NCBI GenBank assembly: GCA_965204535.1
Contig: OZ241996.1
Location: 1,376,001 to 1,440,000, forward strand
DNA from: a bacterium
GTDB lineage: Bacteria; UBA8248
Direction of reading: 5' to 3'
DNA length: 64,000 nucleotides
How positions within the stretch are numbered: position 1 is the stretch's first letter; each line of letters begins with the position of its first letter. The notes beneath the pieces were generated by a model. That model was not told the DNA's origin, ran no database searches, and saw nothing but the letters and a program-made list of their open reading frames with translations. A program made the position numbers and the translations under genes. This document shows positions 59,642-64,000 of the stretch, piece by piece.

Positions 59642-60715
59642 ATGGCCAAGCTTGAAATTGAAAATTTATCGCATTCATATGGAACCAAAGAAGTTATCGA
59701 GAATTTGTCTTTGAATGTCGAAGAGGGTCAAGTTGCATGTCTGTTGGGGCCGTCTGGATGCGGCAAGACGACATTATTGCGGTTGGTGGCTGGGCTCACT
59801 TCGCTACAAGCTGGAAGAATTCGCCTAGGCGAAATTGTGATATCGGAGCCTGCAAGACGAATCGAGATACCGCCGGAAAAGAGAAATGTGGGGTTCATGT
59901 TCCAGGATTATGCCCTTTTCCCTCACTTGGATGTTTTGCACAATATTACTTTCGGACTCAACAATCCTTTGCCGGAAAAGTTGGCTGAAATACAAAGAGC
60001 CATGATCCAGATGGATATCGTGGAATTGACAGATGCTTATCCCCATACCCTGTCAGGAGGCCAGCAACAGCGCGTTGCCCTGCTTCGGGCATTGGCGCCT
60101 CTTCCCCGACTTCTGCTTTTGGATGAACCATTTGCCGGGCTTGATATCAACCTGCGAGTCCAAGTGCGCGAAGATACCCTGAGATTGATTAAGCAAATGG
60201 GCGTTACCACGTTGATGGTCACGCACGACCCGCAGGAAGCGATGTATATGGCCGACCATATCTTGATCATGCGAGATGGGAAAGTGGAACAAAGCGGCTC
60301 GCCACGTGAAATTTACCAATTTCCCGCTACGGAATTCGCGGCTCGATTTGTTGGGCAGACAAATATTTTGCAAGGCATTGTTTTATCGGCTGGGTATGAT
60401 GAGGTGATGACAAGCATTGGACCAGTGCCATGCCTCTCGATGCGCGACCTTAAATTCGGAACAGATGCCTTTATCTCCATCAGGCCCGAGAGTTTTGAAA
60501 TCGATCCGAGCGGTCCATTTGGGGCGAAGGTTTCCAGCATTCGCTATGTGGGACAATCGATCCTGCTGGAAGTTGAAATCATCGATGAAATAGGCAAAGG
60601 GCACCGGTTGAAAATGCGAGTGCATCCCAATTTAAGGGTAGACGTCGGAGAAGAGTTAAGATTTCGTATTATGCCTGATTTTGTAACGGTGATTGAAGAT
60701 CCGCTCGATGATTAG
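59642..60715 (+). CDS. Fe(III) ABC transporter ATP-binding protein (FutC/FbpC)
   Basis: GPSGCGKTT, FQDYALFPH, LSGGQQQRVAL, LLDEPF, VTHD. Confidence 0.92.
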   Translation: MAKLEIENLSHSYGTKEVIENLSLNVEEGQVACLLGPSGCGKTTLLRLVAGLTSLQAGRIRLGEIVISEPARRIEIPPEKRNVGFMFQDYALFPHLDVLHNITFGLNNPLPEKLAEIQRAMIQMDIVELTDAYPHTLSGGQQQRVALLRALAPLPRLLLLDEPFAGLDINLRVQVREDTLRLIKQMGVTTLMVTHDPQEAMYMADHILIMRDGKVEQSGSPREIYQFPATEFAARFVGQTNILQGIVLSAGYDEVMTSIGPVPCLSMRDLKFGTDAFISIRPESFEIDPSGPFGAKVSSIRYVGQSILLEVEIIDEIGKGHRLKMRVHPNLRVDVGEELRFRIMPDFVTVIEDPLDD

Positions 60716-62126
60716 TTGCCTTTCTTAACAATTCACCTATTCCATTCACATTCTTCAGATTCTCGAGACTCATTACCATTGACAATAAATCTTCTGCTTT
60801 TTCAAGCGAAAGACTACGCTGGGCATTATCCTTGAATTTTTCAAAGACATCTTGATCCGTGAATGGATTTTCTGCACAACCTCTTTGATGTTTTTCCTCC
60901 TCGACATAGCTGTTCCCATCTTCAAGCCGAACTTCAACGACACCAGGGAAGAATCTCGGGAAATCCTGTGTATCGTCCTGGGTAAAGGAGACTTTATCCG
61001 CCAGGGCTAACACAGCAGGGTCTGCAACAGCATTTTTCCCGAAATCATCCACCCCACACTTGCCCCTTACGAAAATACTCGCCAAACAATAAGGCAAAGA
61101 AAATTTTGCATCGTATTCACTACGAGGTTTTCGCTTTACTTCGATCGGGTCAAGGACTAGGTCAATTGCGCCCTTGGCAGCATGACAAATTATACTTTTA
61201 ATTTTACTGTGATCTATCTTCTTGCGCTCTTTAAGGCGAAGTCCGGCATCCAAAAACGCATGAATCACATGGCCACAAGGATAGGGTTTGAAACCAATGG
61301 CCAAGGTTTCCCAAGTTTCGCACAAGCCCCGTGTGAGTGCTTCCACCTCGAATTCATCATCGCCGAGATGGCTCTTAAGCAAGCCGAATCTGCCCTCAAA
61401 TACTGTTTGTGGACCAGCGAAATCATTGTCTGCAAGCATTGTCGAACAAATACCGCCATGCGCCGCCCAACCAGGATGAAGCGCCTTGACAGGGCTCCCG
61501 TTTTCTAAATATTCAAAGAGCCCGGCAGCCATGCTCCCGCAAATGCCAAGAGCCCAGTTCATTCTTTCGGTATTCAAGCCACTTTGAAGCGCATAGGCTA
61601 TGGCGGCACCGAAAGTGCCGGCTATGGCGGTCATGTGGAAACCTCGGGCGTGGAATTTACCAGGAGCGGCTAACCCGATTCTGATTTCCGACTCGAACCC
61701 GGCAACGCAGGCTCGAATCATATCCTTTCCTGTTTTCTGGAATTCTTCCGCGCCCGCGATAGCCGCTGGCACAACGGGCGCTGCGGTGTGGATGATCGAT
61801 TTAGCGTGCGTATCGTCAAAATCGAGAGAATGACCCAACGCGCCATTCAAAAAAGCGGCGTTGGGTGCAGGCATTCGGTTTTTCTCTCCGATTGCGCTGC
61901 AAGACCCAAAGTCATATGAGAGATTTTGGGAATCCGGAATTTTTCCGGTGATAGCATTCGCCATCACCCGCAAGGGTTTGTCAATTTCCATGGAACAAGC
62001 TGCTAGAGCAATCCCCCAAAAATCAAGAATCAATAATTTTGTCTGGTGAACTACCGAGGGAGGTATGTCAGAAAATTCCAGGGCATGAGAAAATTGGCAC
62101 AATATTTCACTAGGTGTTGATGACAC
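60669..62126 (-). CDS. MmgE/PrpD-family protein
   Basis: AAFLNG..GH.LDFDDTH, GFH.T...G, K.LH.G, FEG.FG, FKPYPC, AKFS.PY; 3' end overlaps the convergent ABC ATPase. Confidence 0.9.
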   Translation of the reverse strand: MSSTPSEILCQFSHALEFSDIPPSVVHQTKLLILDFWGIALAACSMEIDKPLRVMANAITGKIPDSQNLSYDFGSCSAIGEKNRMPAPNAAFLNGALGHSLDFDDTHAKSIIHTAAPVVPAAIAGAEEFQKTGKDMIRACVAGFESEIRIGLAAPGKFHARGFHMTAIAGTFGAAIAYALQSGLNTERMNWALGICGSMAAGLFEYLENGSPVKALHPGWAAHGGICSTMLADNDFAGPQTVFEGRFGLLKSHLGDDEFEVEALTRGLCETWETLAIGFKPYPCGHVIHAFLDAGLRLKERKKIDHSKIKSIICHAAKGAIDLVLDPIEVKRKPRSEYDAKFSLPYCLASIFVRGKCGVDDFGKNAVADPAVLALADKVSFTQDDTQDFPRFFPGVVEVRLEDGNSYVEEEKHQRGCAENPFTDQDVFEKFKDNAQRSLSLEKAEDLLSMVMSLENLKNVNGIGELLRKATNHRADLQSPLQNQA

Positions 62127-63144
62127 GTGATTTCACTCCTTGCTGAACTTTCGGAAAAACCTTCTCGGCCATCATCTGCATCGTTTCCAAAACGAGAGAT
62201 TGAGGCATCCCCGGCCATTGAATGCTCATAATGAGGTGATTGATACCGAGAGCCGCCAGTTCCAATATGCTTTCTGCAACTTCATCCGGTGAACCTAGTA
62301 TGAATCTGTCTTTTAACAAATCATCGAACTGCTGTCCCAGATCGTCATCTCCTTTTGGCATGGCTTTATCTTGACCCCAACGGTGGTATTCACGATATTT
62401 GATCTCTAGATAGGGTTTGCTGAGCCGAATGGCTTCTGAGCGATCTTTAGCGACGAACACTTCGCGGCGCATCGGGAATTCATTTGGAAAAGGTTTGCCG
62501 AGTTCATCGAGCGTCTGGCGGTAAAGTTCTATTTGGCGTTTTGTCGTATCAAGGCGATTGTGCGGATTCACGTAATAACAATCGCCCAATCTGGCTGCGC
62601 GCCTTATGCCCGCGTCGCTGTTAGCTCCAATCCAAATGGGAGGGTGTGGTTTCTGAATGGGCTTGAGAGGGCACGATGCTTCGATGAGTTCAAAGTGAGA
62701 ACCTTTCATCGACACTTTTTCTTCTGACCAAAGTCGCTTGATGGCTTCGAGGTTTTCCTCAAGACGCTTTACCCTCTCCTTTTGCGTTGTGCCGAACCCC
62801 CTGAATTCCACTTCGCGGTAGCCAAGCCCAGCGCCGAATATGAGCTTCCCGTTAGACATCACGTCAATGGTTGCTAACTGCTCAGCGATATCCATCGGCT
62901 TGTGTAGAGATAGGAGTACAATGCCGGCATTGAGACGCAGTTTCGGGGCTTCTGCGTTTATGCGAGTGAGAAAAGGCAATTGCTGAAAATCCTGGAGCGG
63001 ATATGCGCTATAATGATTTCCTTTGGTGACCGATACGAACCCTAAGTCTTGGGCTCTTCTTGCTTGTTCCATCAATTCACGGAAACGAGACTGCATATCG
63101 TCTTCCAGGGTGAATTGACCTCTAAGCATGATTCCGAATTGCAT
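62110..63144 (-). CDS. LLM-class flavin-dependent oxidoreductase
   Basis: AEQLATIDVMSNGKLIFGAGLGYR.VEF, PIQKPHPPIWIG, RRAARLGD, ILGSPDEV. Confidence 0.9.
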   Translation of the reverse strand: MQFGIMLRGQFTLEDDMQSRFRELMEQARRAQDLGFVSVTKGNHYSAYPLQDFQQLPFLTRINAEAPKLRLNAGIVLLSLHKPMDIAEQLATIDVMSNGKLIFGAGLGYREVEFRGFGTTQKERVKRLEENLEAIKRLWSEEKVSMKGSHFELIEASCPLKPIQKPHPPIWIGANSDAGIRRAARLGDCYYVNPHNRLDTTKRQIELYRQTLDELGKPFPNEFPMRREVFVAKDRSEAIRLSKPYLEIKYREYHRWGQDKAMPKGDDDLGQQFDDLLKDRFILGSPDEVAESILELAALGINHLIMSIQWPGMPQSLVLETMQMMAEKVFPKVQQGVKSRVINT

Positions 63145-63258
63145 TTTTATACCTTTTAGATAAGGAGAAAAGTATCATTTCGAATTGGGCGGCAAGATAC
63201 CGCACAAACACAAGCATGGGAATATTGTTACAGGCTGTCATCTCAAAGATGTGCGGTG

Positions 63259-63999
63259 TTATGTTCTTCCGCAGCAAAACTTGTATTTTTTGCCGCTACC
63301 GCAAGGACAAGGTTCATTACGGCCAACCTTAGGGGCAGCTCGTCTTACAGGCGTGGATGTCTGTATCGCCTCGTCGGTGGGAGCATCTCCAAATCCCGAA
63401 GCGTCCGCATGGGAAAACACCATTTCTTGTTCATGGCGTGATTCTTCCAAGGCGACATCCTCATCCGAAATATCAAGGCGATACATATAGAGTACCGTCT
63501 CTGCCTCGATTCTTTCTGTCATTGTTCCGAACATGTCGAAAGCTTCTTTCTTGTATTCGTTCAAGGGGTTTACCTGTGCATAGCCCCTCAATCCGATGCC
63601 CTCTTTGAGCTGTTCTATGTTGGTCAGATGATCCTTCCACTGGGTATCCAAGATTTGGATATAGATGAGTTTGGAGAGTTCCAGGACAGTTTCAGGAGCA
63701 AAGTTGCGGTATTTATCCTCAAAAACGTTTTGCACGAGATTGTCAACTCTTTGAACGAGTTCATCTCTTAATTCCTCTTCGATATCTACCACCATGGGTT
63801 CGGAGGTTGAGAAAATGACTTTTTGTCCCTCCACTGTCGCGTGGATACCATATTGACTCTCAACCGCGCCCGCGAAAGCCTCCAAATCCCAATCTTCAAA
63901 ATGTTCTGATTCCGGTAAATGCAAATCAACAATGGAATCAAGAATGCCAGATGCAAACTCTCTGATTCGCTCGAGTACATCGGTACCTTCTAAAATTTC
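63259..63999 (-). CDS. secA: preprotein translocase SecA (3' part; continues beyond window)
   Basis: LD..WKDHL, GIGLRGYAQ.NPL.EYKKEAFDMF, SEC-C KVGRNEPCPCGSGKKYKFCCG; frame open to window edge. Confidence 0.96.
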   Translation of the reverse strand, partial: EILEGTDVLERIREFASGILDSIVDLHLPESEHFEDWDLEAFAGAVESQYGIHATVEGQKVIFSTSEPMVVDIEEELRDELVQRVDNLVQNVFEDKYRNFAPETVLELSKLIYIQILDTQWKDHLTNIEQLKEGIGLRGYAQVNPLNEYKKEAFDMFGTMTERIEAETVLYMYRLDISDEDVALEESRHEQEMVFSHADASGFGDAPTDEAIQTSTPVRRAAPKVGRNEPCPCGSGKKYKFCCGRT

Positions 64000-64000
64000 T

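Noticed and set aside
63786-64000. Possible frameshift or truncation in secA
   Set aside because: The secA frame stays open to the window edge (EILEGTDVLERIREFASGILDSIVDLHLPE); the short ORF call only reflects an internal TTG

Overview
64-kb chromosomal window from a diderm, LPS-producing bacterium. Gene order resembles Deltaproteobacteria/Nitrospinota-type lineages, but the taxon cannot be proven from this sequence. Left arm (1-21 kb): mostly housekeeping genes (pdxJ-nnr-tsaE, lptCAB-rpoN-hprK-EIIA-HPr, metK-ahcY, amidase, der, a stand-alone EF-G2, a SPOR protein, MerR, rtcB, bioB). Middle (21-46 kb): visibly more GC-rich. It mixes a broken-up surE-pcm-nlpD-apt cluster and three tRNAs (Arg-CCT, Pro-CGG, Pro-GGG) with orphan catabolic genes: an FAD/Fe-S oxidoreductase, an MscR-like thiol-dependent formaldehyde dehydrogenase, a metal-ligand-less M24 enzyme, tandem cupins, a double YciI protein, two MetY paralogues, a DinB protein and a frameshifted amidase. 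Right arm (46-64 kb, lower GC): a GldAFG/DUF4340 ABC system, an AcoX-like kinase, glycerate kinase, a ROK kinase, a DtxR-family regulator with a 4-Cys tail ahead of an Fe(III) ABC transporter, an LLM-PrpD pair and the 3' end of secA. No transposase, integrase, cas gene or true CRISPR array was found. The most striking unexplained structure is a family of six non-coding composite elements. Four have a shared terminal inverted repeat (GGG(G)NTGTTGAAAA ... TTTTCAACANCCC) at both ends and two at one end, and it frames different combinations of GTAG-type and CGTC-type REP palindromes. Two of the elements form a ~92-bp inverted bracket around the second metY operon. Annotations come from motif recognition by eye, not from database searches.
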